22,442 bases of DNA from Elusimicrobiota bacterium (GCA_043827405.1 JBDRPD010000023.1:1-22442); one strand, 5' to 3'; counted from the stretch's first letter, positions 9,701-18,997 are shown. Numbers and translations are program-made. Notes: generated from the letters alone by a model not told the origin.

Positions 9701-9793
9701 GAGGACCCGAGCGACCAGCGCCTGAAGAAGTACTTCAAGCAGCTCGTCGCCGCGCTGCCGCCCCTTCCAAAACTGCCGCCGCAACTGCGATAA
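6755..9793 (+). CDS. Fused multi-TM (MFS-like)/spermidine synthase-like SAM-binding protein with C-terminal extension
   Basis: FLSGVAGLVYQVVW...LGS start and about 13 hydrophobic segments in two repeats (G..YA.NT.G motif twice). These are followed by a Rossmann domain with VIGFGTG, DIIEISP, DAFRFL, FDLIVSEPSNPW and LYSTEFY. The start abuts the upstream stop (TAAATG). Confidence 0.85.
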   Translation: MHEINLPDRILRRFFAAVFLSGVAGLVYQVVWHKYLAILLGSHARATAAILAVFLGGLGVGYGLFGGWSVKRRGGLLILFAYIELALGTYALLFPYLFRAAFAAAPGLDGVFGVNSPVTDLLLAVLLIGPPTVLMGGTLPLLTQALSGDVKAASLAHARIYAFNTLGAAAGALLGGYLLIPLLGLPVSLRAGALLNIMVGGAVYSFVVHSLEADSGERLPAAPFLAGYAGLSAPQLRLILIGLLSGFYVLTLETLLIRLMGLSTGSSGYHFALIVSIFILGLGLAPLAARRIAEYTPGHLFGNQVAVTVLLLAVYLSGDFWPYAAHLLRIPFREQTQNYYLYQALLGATLTAFLIVPIGACGLTLPVCFHLLKDRRDTLGHRTGLLYAANTAGSVLGGLLGGYVLFYFANIDTLFKVVVAAAAATAAAAAFSYRREGSARRLAAGLLTVLAALVVALAAPPYHKDNYIQPFRQAQPGPGSYDGPSAFRKHLARNMRHIFYEDGPNTSVGIGVNLDAKGEETGRSILVNGKSDGNTSGDRFTTMMLGHLPALLAARPERACVIGFGTGITAGVLARYGAVRTVDIIEISPVVRRAAHLFDAYNGEVTKNPKIEFREMDAFRFLLSAPERFDLIVSEPSNPWVQGVENLYSTEFYRIAKRRLADDGLFVQWIHVYSFTDDLFRTVLRTMGGEFPYVSVFQLGKGDRAVIGHFRPFALADLERSAKRMRDDPAAAAALRDAGLTEFHAVAALEVAPPGINRTLAAGALPQTLENPHLSRRAALAFFAEEQADIDVLRRSRGSYFSSVQDSMLSRYAGAHAPTPGQRSALRASFCEHATSKLDRFCKETLLLELARGAGSALESRERKRLHPQEAAAAELFATPARNRPPQARLAEIDEMLRLLSRVYSPLARLPLARLEERLDACVRAVASADAVHGECLIRRMILAKMLDAAKEDYIHRRDEFQAWFARLAPATPDYEKYRRLREDPSDQRLKKYFKQLVAALPPLPKLPPQLR

Positions 9794-9814
9794 TACGCCG
9801 CACGCGGGACGGCG

Positions 9815-12178
9815 ATGGTAAAAGAAAACGAGATCGACATCGTAAAGACGGTCTTTGAGCACCGGCTCCAGCAGTCGGACATGGACCGCATCCTCACCCA
9901 GCTTTCCACCACCGACCGCGACCAGCTCATCTCTGAAATGGGGCAGCTCCTCGACCGCATTTCGGCGCTGGTCGACGTCACCAATAAAATCTCGGATACG
10001 CTGTCGCTCGACGTGCTGCTGCCGCGCCTGATGAAGATCGTGACCGAAGCCCTGCGCGCCGACCGCAGCACGCTGTTTCTCAACGACCCCGACAGCAAAG
10101 AGCTCTTTTCCCGCGTCGCCCAGGGCGATTCGATCGGCGAGATCCGCTTTCCCAACCATCTCGGCATCGCGGGCGAGGTGTTCACCAGCGGCAGGAACCT
10201 CATTATCGACGACGCCTACGCCGATCCGCGCTTCAACAAGGAGATCGACAAGCAGACCGGCTACCGCACGCGCAATATCCTCTGCGCGACCCTCAAAAAC
10301 AAGGGGAAGATCATCGGCCTGACCCAGGTGCTCAACAAGGCGGAGGGCGCTTTTAACGCTGACGACATGACTCTGCTGTCGGCGCTGACGGCGCAGGCGG
10401 CCTCGGCGCTGGAGAACGCGCGGCTCTTCGAGAAGGTCGAGAAGTCGCGCCAGGAGGAAGCGCAGCTGCTGGAGGTCACCAGCGATATCGCCTCGGAGCT
10501 GAACCTCGACACCCTGCTGCGCAAGATCATCACCGTCACGACCGGGATGCTGGAAGCCGACCGCGCGACCCTCTTCGTGCACGACACCAAGACCGACGAG
10601 CTCTGGTCGAAGATCGCGATGGGCCTGGAGTCCAAGGAGATCCGCATCCCGGCGTCCGCCGGCATCGCCGGCGCCTGCTTCACCTCGGGCGAAACGATCA
10701 ATATTCCGGAGGCCTACGAGGACCCGCGCTTCAACCAGGCGGTGGACAAAAAAACCGGCTACCGCACCCGCACCATCCTCTGCATGACGGTGTGCAACAA
10801 GGAGGGCCGCAAGATCGGCGTCATCCAGGTCCTCAACAAAAAGAAAGGACCGTTCGGCGACGTCGACGAAAATCGCCTCAAGGCCTTCACCTCCCAGGCC
10901 GCCATCGCCCTGGAGAACGCCAAGCTCTTCGAGGACGTCACCAACGAGCGCAACTACAACGAGAGCATCCTCAAAAGCCTGTCCAACGGCGTCGTCACTC
11001 TCAACGCCGAGTGCCGGGTCGCCAAGGTCAACGACGCGGTCCTGAGGATCCTCGGCTGGGAGAGGGATAAAGTCGTCGGCCGCCAGGTCGACGAGCTGTT
11101 CACGGGAGAAAAGAACACCTGGATTCACGACAGCCTCGCCAAGGTCGTCAAAAGCGGCGAGGTCGACGTCAGCATGGACGCGGAGATCCTCCTCGCGGGG
11201 GGGGAGACGGTATCGGCCAATATGACCGTGGTGCCGCTTATCGACGTCGGCAATACGGCGATCGGCTACATGCTTATCGTCGAGGATATCACGACCGAGA
11301 AACGCGTCAAGAGCACCATGGCGCGCTACATGACCAAGGAGGTCGCCGACAAGCTGCTCGAGGGCGGCGAGGACGCCCTGGGCGGGAACTCGCAGACCGG
11401 CACGGTGCTGTTTTCAGACATCCGCAGCTTTACCACGATCTCAGAGGACCTCGGCGCCCGCGACACGGTGATCATGCTCAACTCCTACTTCACCGACATG
11501 ATCGACGTCATCTTCAAGCATAAGGGCATCCTCGATAAATATATCGGCGACGCCATCATGGCGATCTTCGGCGCCCCTTTCCCCTCTCCCGTCGACGCCG
11601 ACAATGCCGTCAGCGCCGCCAACGATATGATCACCGGCCTAAACCGCCTCAACGAGCGGCGCAAAAAAGAGGGGCTGCTCGAGATCAAGATCGGCATCGG
11701 CCTGAGCACCGGCGACCTGGTCGCCGGCAATATCGGCTCACCCAAGCGCATGGATTACACGGTGATCGGCGACACCGTCAACCTCGCCGCCCGGCTCGAG
11801 GGCGCGACCAAGTTCTACGGCGTGAAGATTCTGCTCAGCGAATTCACCGTGAGGGCGCTCAAGGGCGAGAACCGCTACCGCGACCTGGATCTTATCCGCG
11901 TCAAAGGCAAGAACAAGCCGGTGGCGATCTACGAAGCCATCGGCCACCACCCGCCCGAGCATCTCGAAAGGATGTGGGACTGCTTCGCCGCCTTCGACCG
12001 CGGGCTGCAGAAATTCCGCCAGCGCCGCTTCCAGGACGCGCTGCAGGAGTTCGAGCTGGCCCGCGAGTTCAACGAAAACGACGGCCCCACCCGGCTGTAT
12101 CTTGACCGCTGCCGCAACTACATCGACAGCCCGCCCGCTGAGGACTGGGACGGCGTATACGTAATGCTGACGAAGTAG
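9815..12178 (+). CDS. Class III adenylate cyclase, GAF-GAF-PAS-cyclase with C-terminal TPR-like tail (CyaB1-like architecture)
   Basis: Two homologous GAF repeats (AY.DPRFN...DK.TGYRTR.ILC; QVLNK...F...D) and a PAS segment (SILKSLSNGVVTL...VN). Catalytic motifs VLFSDIRSFT, DKYIGDAIMA and GNIGSPKRMDYTVIGDTVNLAARLE. Ends in WDGV..LTK. Confidence 0.93.
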   Translation: MVKENEIDIVKTVFEHRLQQSDMDRILTQLSTTDRDQLISEMGQLLDRISALVDVTNKISDTLSLDVLLPRLMKIVTEALRADRSTLFLNDPDSKELFSRVAQGDSIGEIRFPNHLGIAGEVFTSGRNLIIDDAYADPRFNKEIDKQTGYRTRNILCATLKNKGKIIGLTQVLNKAEGAFNADDMTLLSALTAQAASALENARLFEKVEKSRQEEAQLLEVTSDIASELNLDTLLRKIITVTTGMLEADRATLFVHDTKTDELWSKIAMGLESKEIRIPASAGIAGACFTSGETINIPEAYEDPRFNQAVDKKTGYRTRTILCMTVCNKEGRKIGVIQVLNKKKGPFGDVDENRLKAFTSQAAIALENAKLFEDVTNERNYNESILKSLSNGVVTLNAECRVAKVNDAVLRILGWERDKVVGRQVDELFTGEKNTWIHDSLAKVVKSGEVDVSMDAEILLAGGETVSANMTVVPLIDVGNTAIGYMLIVEDITTEKRVKSTMARYMTKEVADKLLEGGEDALGGNSQTGTVLFSDIRSFTTISEDLGARDTVIMLNSYFTDMIDVIFKHKGILDKYIGDAIMAIFGAPFPSPVDADNAVSAANDMITGLNRLNERRKKEGLLEIKIGIGLSTGDLVAGNIGSPKRMDYTVIGDTVNLAARLEGATKFYGVKILLSEFTVRALKGENRYRDLDLIRVKGKNKPVAIYEAIGHHPPEHLERMWDCFAAFDRGLQKFRQRRFQDALQEFELAREFNENDGPTRLYLDRCRNYIDSPPAEDWDGVYVMLTK

Positions 12179-12180
12179 GG

Positions 12181-12600
12181 TCAGCCCGAATCGGTGGGGG
12201 CGTTGGGACGCCCGATAGGAAGGTCCGCCTCGCCCGTTTCCAGCAGCTTCTTGACCTTGGCGCTCAAGGCTTCCATCTTATAGGGCTTGGTGATGTAGTC
12301 GTCGGCCCCGGCGTCCATCGCGCCGTCGATATCCTGGGTGAAGGTTTTCGACGAGCAGACCATGATGCGCAGGCCCGCGAGCTCCTTATTCTCCCGCAGC
12401 TTCTCGATCACCGCGAAGCCGTGAATGCTGGGCAGCATCAGGTCGACAAGAGCGAGGTCCGGCTTGAACTCCGCCGCCCGCTTGATTCCCTGGTTGCCGT
12501 CCTCCGCCACCGCGATATCATAGCCCTCGCGTTCCAGAATCATGGTCGCCAGCTTGGCGGCCGCTTCGTCGTCCTCGATGATCAGTATCTTTTTACCCAC
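12181..12600 (-). CDS. Single-domain response regulator (CheY-like receiver)
   Basis: KILIIEDD, DLALVDLMLP, GADDYITKP; GTG start. Confidence 0.9.
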   Translation of the reverse strand: MGKKILIIEDDEAAAKLATMILEREGYDIAVAEDGNQGIKRAAEFKPDLALVDLMLPSIHGFAVIEKLRENKELAGLRIMVCSSKTFTQDIDGAMDAGADDYITKPYKMEALSAKVKKLLETGEADLPIGRPNAPTDSG

Positions 12601-12609
12601 GATTAGGGA

Positions 12610-12638
12610 ACCTTAACAGTATCGTCTTGGAAAATCAA
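12610..12638 (-). promoter_or_regulatory. Putative sigma70 promoter for the receiver gene
   Basis: Minus strand TTGATT-N17-TAAGGT with extended -10 TG, 9 nt upstream of the GTG start. Confidence 0.4.
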
Positions 12639-13243
12639 GGGAAAAGCCGGGCCGACTTCCAGGTCCCGTCCAACTGCCTGAGGTAGCGGAAGCGGTCATG
12701 CAGGCGATCCTCGCGCTCCTGCCAGAACTCGATGCGCAGCGGCGCCACGCGGTAGCCGCCCCATTGCGGCGGGCGCGGCACCGCGCGCTCCAGGTACTGC
12801 TGCTCGGCCGCGATCAGGCGCCGCTCGATCTCGTCGCGGCCGTCGGCGGCATCGCTCTGCAGCGAAGCCCAGGCGGCGAGCTGGCTGGCGCGCGGCCGGG
12901 TCGCGAAATAGGCGTCGGACTCCTCGTTGCGCAGCGGCTGCACGTCTCCCTGGACGCGCACCTGCCGGGCGAGGGGGGGCCAGTAGAAGACGAGCTCGGC
13001 TCTGGGCGCAAAGGCGAGAGCGCGGCCCTTGGCCGACAGGGTATTGGAATAGAAGACAAAGCCCCGGTCGTTGAATTCCTTGAGCAGCACCATGCGGCCC
13101 TCGGGGTAGCCGTCCGAGCAGACGGTGGCCAGGCACATGGCGTCGGGGTTCTTGATCTCGGAGCAGGCCTTGACGGCGGCGTACCACTGGGCGAACTGGC
13201 GGATGGGATCGGCCAGCAGGTTGTCTTCGGAGAGGGGCTCCAC
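12635..13243 (-). CDS. pdxH: Pyridoxamine 5'-phosphate oxidase
   Basis: DPIRQFAQW, AMCLAT, RMVLLK, GFVFYSN..S.KG, RQVRVQG, YFATRPRASQLAAWASLQS, PRPPQWGGYRV.P..IEFWQ...RLHDR; ends RLFP. Confidence 0.95.
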   Translation of the reverse strand: MEPLSEDNLLADPIRQFAQWYAAVKACSEIKNPDAMCLATVCSDGYPEGRMVLLKEFNDRGFVFYSNTLSAKGRALAFAPRAELVFYWPPLARQVRVQGDVQPLRNEESDAYFATRPRASQLAAWASLQSDAADGRDEIERRLIAAEQQYLERAVPRPPQWGGYRVAPLRIEFWQEREDRLHDRFRYLRQLDGTWKSARLFP

Positions 13244-13279
13244 GAGACGGGTAGTTTACAACACTTCAGAACGCCGGGA

Positions 13280-14767
13280 TCAACCTCGGTCGATATTCTG
13301 ATACTTCATGCCGTCGGTGCGATTCGCCGTATCTGCGCGTATCTGTTCGGTACGAGCATCCGGTACCGGATCATCGGCCAGCTTGGGATCGAGCTTCGCA
13401 TCCACATCCTTGCCCGGCTCGACCGTTTGCTGTTCGACCTGTCCCGCCGGATCGGGCTCCTCCGACATCAGGACCTTGATCGACAGGAAGGTCAATAACG
13501 CGCCGATAGCCGCGATCATGCCGCCTTGCAGCATCTGTCCCTTGGACATAATCATGACCCCAAGAATGGTAACCGTCGCCGCGAGCAGGCCGGCGATGCC
13601 GGCGATCACCTTGGCGATCATCAGATGCGCTTTCTTGACCAGGTTGGCGATCAAAAGCAGGATGCCGGCGATCGGCAGCAGGATCATCACCAAGTCCATC
13701 TCCTTCTGCCACGGCGTCACGTTCTTGGCCGGGCCCACCTTCTTGACGTCCTCGGCCCCGTCGGTCTTGTCGCCGCCGGCCGGTGTCAGGGGACCGCCGT
13801 CCTGCATGCCCGCGCCGCCCGTACCCGTCGTCGGCCCGCCGCCGGCTTGGCCGGTGGCGCCGGCGCCGCCGATCGACTGTCCGCCCGCTCCGGCGGCATC
13901 CCACTGCCCTTTATGCACCGCGGACTCGCTCGCCGGGCCCATGCCCTGGGCGCCCTTCATGGCCTTGTTCATGCTCGAAAGGCGTTTCGCCGTCGCGCCC
14001 CGCAAACTGGTCTTGCCGCGGCTGCCCGCCGCGGTCTTGCCGCGCGAGGTGGAAGCCTGGCGGCTGCCCGTGAAAGCCTCGCTCTTGCCGCGCTTCTCCG
14101 CGACCTGGTCGAAGCCGCGGCCGATCCCGGCCGACATCCCCGAGCCGCCGCCCATCCGGGTCGCGCCGACGCGCGAGGCGGAGAGCCGCTGGGAAAACTT
14201 CGCCCGCGCCTCTTCCTTGGCTTTGGCTGCCGCGTCCGCCTTATCTCCTTCCCCGGCTTCGTCCGCGGCGGCTTTCAGCGCCTCGGCGCTGCCGAGAGCG
14301 CCGTCCTCAACGCCCTCTTCGCCTTCCTCGCCTTCTCCTGCTTCCCCGTCTTCACCCTCGACGCCTTCACCGGACGCCGCCAAGCCGTCGCCCATCGCCC
14401 CGGCATTGGCCTGCTGCGCGAGAGCCAGGCCGGAAGGGGCTTCCTCGCTGCCCGGAAGAACCCCGGGAGAATCGGAGGTTTTGGGCGCGACATTCGCCGC
14501 CGAGTTGTAAAACAAATAGGGATCGCCGGCTTCACGCCGGTCGTTCATATCCTTGAGGCCGACAGCGGACACCACGAAGGCCGCGGTCAGCGTCGCAACG
14601 ATGGCGGGCTGCGTGCTGAGCAGGGCGCTCAGCTTCGCCCAAGGACCGCGGGCGCCGACGCGGGCGACGCCCATATACAGCCCGCCCGACGAGGCTTGGC
14701 CCCCCAACAGCGGTATCGGCGGCGCACCGCGGCGGCGCTCCTCTTCTTTTTTTCCTTTTAAATCCAT
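13280..14767 (-). CDS. Hypothetical membrane protein with acidic, basic and Gly-rich low-complexity segments and three C-terminal TM helices
   Basis: 495-aa ORF on the same strand as its neighbours, with GGGG-type RBS and a near-consensus promoter upstream. One N-terminal hydrophobic helix and three hydrophobic helices after KNVTPWQ. No family recognised. Confidence 0.75.
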   Translation of the reverse strand: MDLKGKKEEERRRGAPPIPLLGGQASSGGLYMGVARVGARGPWAKLSALLSTQPAIVATLTAAFVVSAVGLKDMNDRREAGDPYLFYNSAANVAPKTSDSPGVLPGSEEAPSGLALAQQANAGAMGDGLAASGEGVEGEDGEAGEGEEGEEGVEDGALGSAEALKAAADEAGEGDKADAAAKAKEEARAKFSQRLSASRVGATRMGGGSGMSAGIGRGFDQVAEKRGKSEAFTGSRQASTSRGKTAAGSRGKTSLRGATAKRLSSMNKAMKGAQGMGPASESAVHKGQWDAAGAGGQSIGGAGATGQAGGGPTTGTGGAGMQDGGPLTPAGGDKTDGAEDVKKVGPAKNVTPWQKEMDLVMILLPIAGILLLIANLVKKAHLMIAKVIAGIAGLLAATVTILGVMIMSKGQMLQGGMIAAIGALLTFLSIKVLMSEEPDPAGQVEQQTVEPGKDVDAKLDPKLADDPVPDARTEQIRADTANRTDGMKYQNIDRG

Positions 14768-14804
14768 GGCTATTACCCCGTATACGGCGCAGCCCCGCAG
14801 TATT

Positions 14805-14838
14805 ATTGTAGCGGCGCGACGGTCCCTGTCAAGGGACC
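14805..14838 (-). promoter_or_regulatory. sigma70 promoter TTGACA-N16-TACAAT overlapped by a palindrome
   Basis: On the minus strand, TTGACA (14832-14827) and TACAAT (14810-14805). The perfect inverted repeat GGTCCCT-gtca-AGGGACC at 14821-14838 covers the -35. Confidence 0.6.
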
Positions 14839-15725
14839 TTGGAGAGCATATCCAGGAAGGCCTGCTCGACGGTGCGGGGGGTAAAGTTCAAGGCGCGAAA
14901 GAGCCGCGAGCCGTCGAGCGTACAATCGAGCGGGCGCCGGGCGGATAACGGCATATCGGCGACGCGGGTGGGCTCGATCAGGTTCCGGTCCAGGCCGAAT
15001 ATCCGGCAGAACAGCTCACCGAACCGCAGACGGCTGATCGTCTGCGGACCGGCCATATGCAGAACGCCGTCGCATGCCTCCGCGCCGCCCGGCAAAGCCA
15101 GCAGGCGGGCGATTATTTCGGCGGCGTCTTCCACATACAGCGCCGACCGCAGCTGGTCCGTAAAGAGCTTGACCTTGCGTCCGGATTTGAAGCTGCGATA
15201 CATAAAGCCGGTAAAGGTCTCCGTTCCCGCCATCTTCCAGCCGTAGATCAGGGCCATCCGGAGGGTGAGCCCCGCCGGACACAGCTCCCGCACGCGCCGC
15301 TCGCCCTCGAGCTTTAGCTTGGCGTAGAAGCTCAGCGGGTTGGTCGGAGACTCTTCTTTATAGGGCGGAGACTTGCCGTCGAACACCAGGTCCGTCGAGA
15401 TATAGATAAGCCGCGCGCCGGCTTCCGCGGCTCCGCGCGCCGCCGCTTCGACCGCGTCCACGTTCAGCACCCGCGCCAGCTTGCCGTCCTTCTCGCAGGC
15501 GTCGGGCCGCGCCATAGCGGCCGTATGCACCACGGCATCCGGACGGAGGCGCTTAATCAGCTCGCGCAGGGTATCGGGCGCGGCCATATCGAGACGCTCA
15601 AGCCGGCAGCCCGGGATGGGCGCGTCCACCGAAAGGTAGGTGCCCGTAACCTCATGCTCCGCGGCGAGCCGCTGGGCGACCCAGCGGCCGAGATAGCCGC
15701 TCGCGCCGGTGACGAGTATACGCAT
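14829..15725 (-). CDS. Extended SDR oxidoreductase, dTDP-4-dehydrorhamnose reductase (RmlD/RfbD)-like
   Basis: ILVTGASGYLG, VVHTAA, YISTDLVFDG, Y.EE....PLSFYAKLK (YxxxK), FTDQ.RS and RP.D..L motifs. No rmlABC in the window, so the substrate is uncertain. Confidence 0.85.
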   Translation of the reverse strand: MRILVTGASGYLGRWVAQRLAAEHEVTGTYLSVDAPIPGCRLERLDMAAPDTLRELIKRLRPDAVVHTAAMARPDACEKDGKLARVLNVDAVEAAARGAAEAGARLIYISTDLVFDGKSPPYKEESPTNPLSFYAKLKLEGERRVRELCPAGLTLRMALIYGWKMAGTETFTGFMYRSFKSGRKVKLFTDQLRSALYVEDAAEIIARLLALPGGAEACDGVLHMAGPQTISRLRFGELFCRIFGLDRNLIEPTRVADMPLSARRPLDCTLDGSRLFRALNFTPRTVEQAFLDMLSKVP

Positions 15726-15735
15726 ACGAATCAGC

Positions 15736-15817
15736 CCCGCCGGCGGCGAAACAGCCGCCTGCGGGACCTAGCGGCTCGATGTGCCCTTGAAGACAAGCTG
15801 CGCATTCCTGATAGCCG

Positions 15818-15822
<5 letters not shown>
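15736..15822. repeat. Two tandem inverted repeats filling the pruA-SDR intergenic region
   Basis: CCCGC-c-GGCGGC/GCCGCC-t-GCGGG (15736-15765), and CCTAGCGGCT/AGCCGCTAGG (15767-15776 with 15813-15822) with inner pairing. Confidence 0.6.
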
Positions 15823-17443
<1,621 letters not shown>

Positions 17444-17482
17444 ATTCAGCCTCCTAGGTTATCGCATGCAGCCTGTTTGTTG

Positions 17483-17511
17483 ATGGTATAAAAAGCGGAC
17501 AAACCGAGCAA
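17483..17511 (-). promoter_or_regulatory. Putative sigma70 promoter for pruA
   Basis: Minus strand TTGCTC-N17-TACCAT upstream of the GGAGG RBS. Confidence 0.45.
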
Positions 17512-17524
17512 ACTCACAAGGAGC

Positions 17525-17632
17525 CCGCCGGGAAAGGGCCTATACGAAAGGCCCACGAAAGTTATTGACAGCACTCAAAGATACGTGTCAACTTCATCGT
17601 TTGACAGCCATCATCAGGGTTTTTCCCGGCGG
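17525..17632. repeat. Nested inverted-repeat element (possible structured RNA, operator array or MITE-like remnant)
   Basis: Perfect 11-bp terminal IR CCGCCGGGAAA/TTTCCCGGCGG enclosing GGGCCT/AGGCCC and TTGACA/TGTCAA pairs. Confidence 0.5.
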
Positions 17633-17655
17633 CGGCTATACTGTAGCCAGATATT

Positions 17656-18219
17656 ATGAACAAGAAATTTTTCGCCGCCCTTATAACCCTCGGAGCGATC
17701 GCCGCGATCGCCGCCGAATCCGAAGCCGGAATCATCCGCGTTGCGCCGATCCCGGTCACGCCCATCTCGCTGCCCAATGTCGCTTTCCCGGTACTCCCGG
17801 TAAAGATGGCGATCCTGCCGATGCTGCCCACGCTGCAGGCCCCCACAGTCAACACCGTCGGCCTCCCTGGACCGAGCGTTCCGGTAGTGCAGATTAATCC
17901 GATCGAGCAGCCGGCCTGGCCGGTGGCCCCCATCACGCTCAACAACGGCATCCAGAAGCCGGGCATCACGCCGACCCCCGCTACCGACAACACCATCGAG
18001 AAGGTGATCGAGCAGATCGGCGACGCCTTCCGCATCCGCATCCCGCATGCCCAACGGGACGGCGCGCGCATCCGCGCGCTGTTCGACGGCTCCCGGAAAG
18101 TTTCCGCATCCGAGTCCGATGTCGTATACATCCCGGAGCCGGACCGCCCCACCATTGATCGTTCCTCGCGCCCGCAGACCCTGCCTGAGGACGATCTTCT
18201 TCGGGATCTCGGATTTTAA
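17656..18219 (+). CDS. Hypothetical secreted Pro/Ile/Val-rich protein
   Basis: Sec signal peptide MNKKFFAALITLGAIAAIAAESEA and a Pro-rich body. TATACT 13 nt upstream and a terminator directly downstream. Confidence 0.8.
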   Translation: MNKKFFAALITLGAIAAIAAESEAGIIRVAPIPVTPISLPNVAFPVLPVKMAILPMLPTLQAPTVNTVGLPGPSVPVVQINPIEQPAWPVAPITLNNGIQKPGITPTPATDNTIEKVIEQIGDAFRIRIPHAQRDGARIRALFDGSRKVSASESDVVYIPEPDRPTIDRSSRPQTLPEDDLLRDLGF

Positions 18220-18232
18220 TCACAGCTAAAAC

Positions 18233-18264
18233 AAAGAGCCCCGGCAGAGATGCCGCGGCTCTTT
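18233..18264. terminator. Bidirectional intrinsic terminator between convergent genes
   Basis: AAAGAGCCCCGGCA-GAGA-TGCCGCGGCTCTTT: a 14-bp stem with one mismatch, GNRA loop, A-rich left flank and T-rich right flank. Confidence 0.8.
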
Positions 18265-18305
18265 CTTATCCCCTATGGAATCCCTAATCTGGACTTACTT
18301 CATCA

Positions 18306-18997
18306 TCAGATCTTCAGCACGTAGCCGACGCGGCTGATCGTCTCGATGCGGCGGCCGAAGTCGCCGAGCTTCTTTCGGAGCGATTCGATACGCTTGTCCA
18401 CCGTGCGCGTGGCCTGGCCCGGATCGCTCTTCCACACATGCTCCAGCAGCAGGCCGCGGGTCAGGACGTGGTTCTTGTTGCGCACCAGGTAGTTCAGGAG
18501 ATCGAACTCTAACGCCGTCACCGGGATGTCGCGGCCGCCGAGCGTCACCGCATGCTCGGTCTCGTCGATGGTGAGGCGGCCGACGCGGACCTGCTCATGC
18601 GGCTCCGGAGCGGCCATGGCCGGGCCCCAGGCGAAGCGGCGCAGCAGCGCCTCCGCCCGCGCCAGCAGAATCTCGGGCGACACCGGCTTGGGGAAGAACT
18701 CGTCGGCCCCCAGGTCCAGGGCCCGCACGACATCCTTGGAGTCCTTGTAGCGGCCGGAGCAGACGATCATCGGGATGGTGCGGGTCTCGGCGCGGCCGCG
18801 CAGGAAGGAGATGAGCTCCCAGCCGCTGATCGTCGGCAGCATCAGGTCGATGATGGTCAGGTCCGGGACGAAGCCGCCCATGCCGTCGAGGAACTTGCCG
18901 ACCGTGGGGAAGGTCTTGACCGCGTAATTTGCCTTCTGGAAGACGAACTTGAGCAGGTCGGCGAGGTCCTGCTCGTCTTCGATGACGGCGATGCGCT

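Noticed and set aside
10211..10783. Diverged DNA direct repeat (~10211-10285 vs ~10709-10783)
   Set aside because: Explained by the tandem GAF domains of the cyclase.
14315..14370. Short CT-rich tandem-like repeats
   Set aside because: They encode the low-complexity EG-rich tract of the 13280-14767 protein. There is no CRISPR-like repeat-spacer periodicity.
14720..14767. RRRG|A as a prepilin (class III) cleavage site
   Set aside because: No Glu+5 and no hydrophobic helix immediately after the site.
14829..15725. Calling the SDR rmlD of a rhamnose pathway
   Set aside because: There are no rmlA/B/C or glycosyltransferase neighbours, so only a family-level call is supported.
17505..17600. GCAAAC...GAAA hairpin as a c-di-GMP-I riboswitch
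   Set aside because: It lacks the GACGCAAAGC/CTAA core and the proper P2-P3 arrangement.
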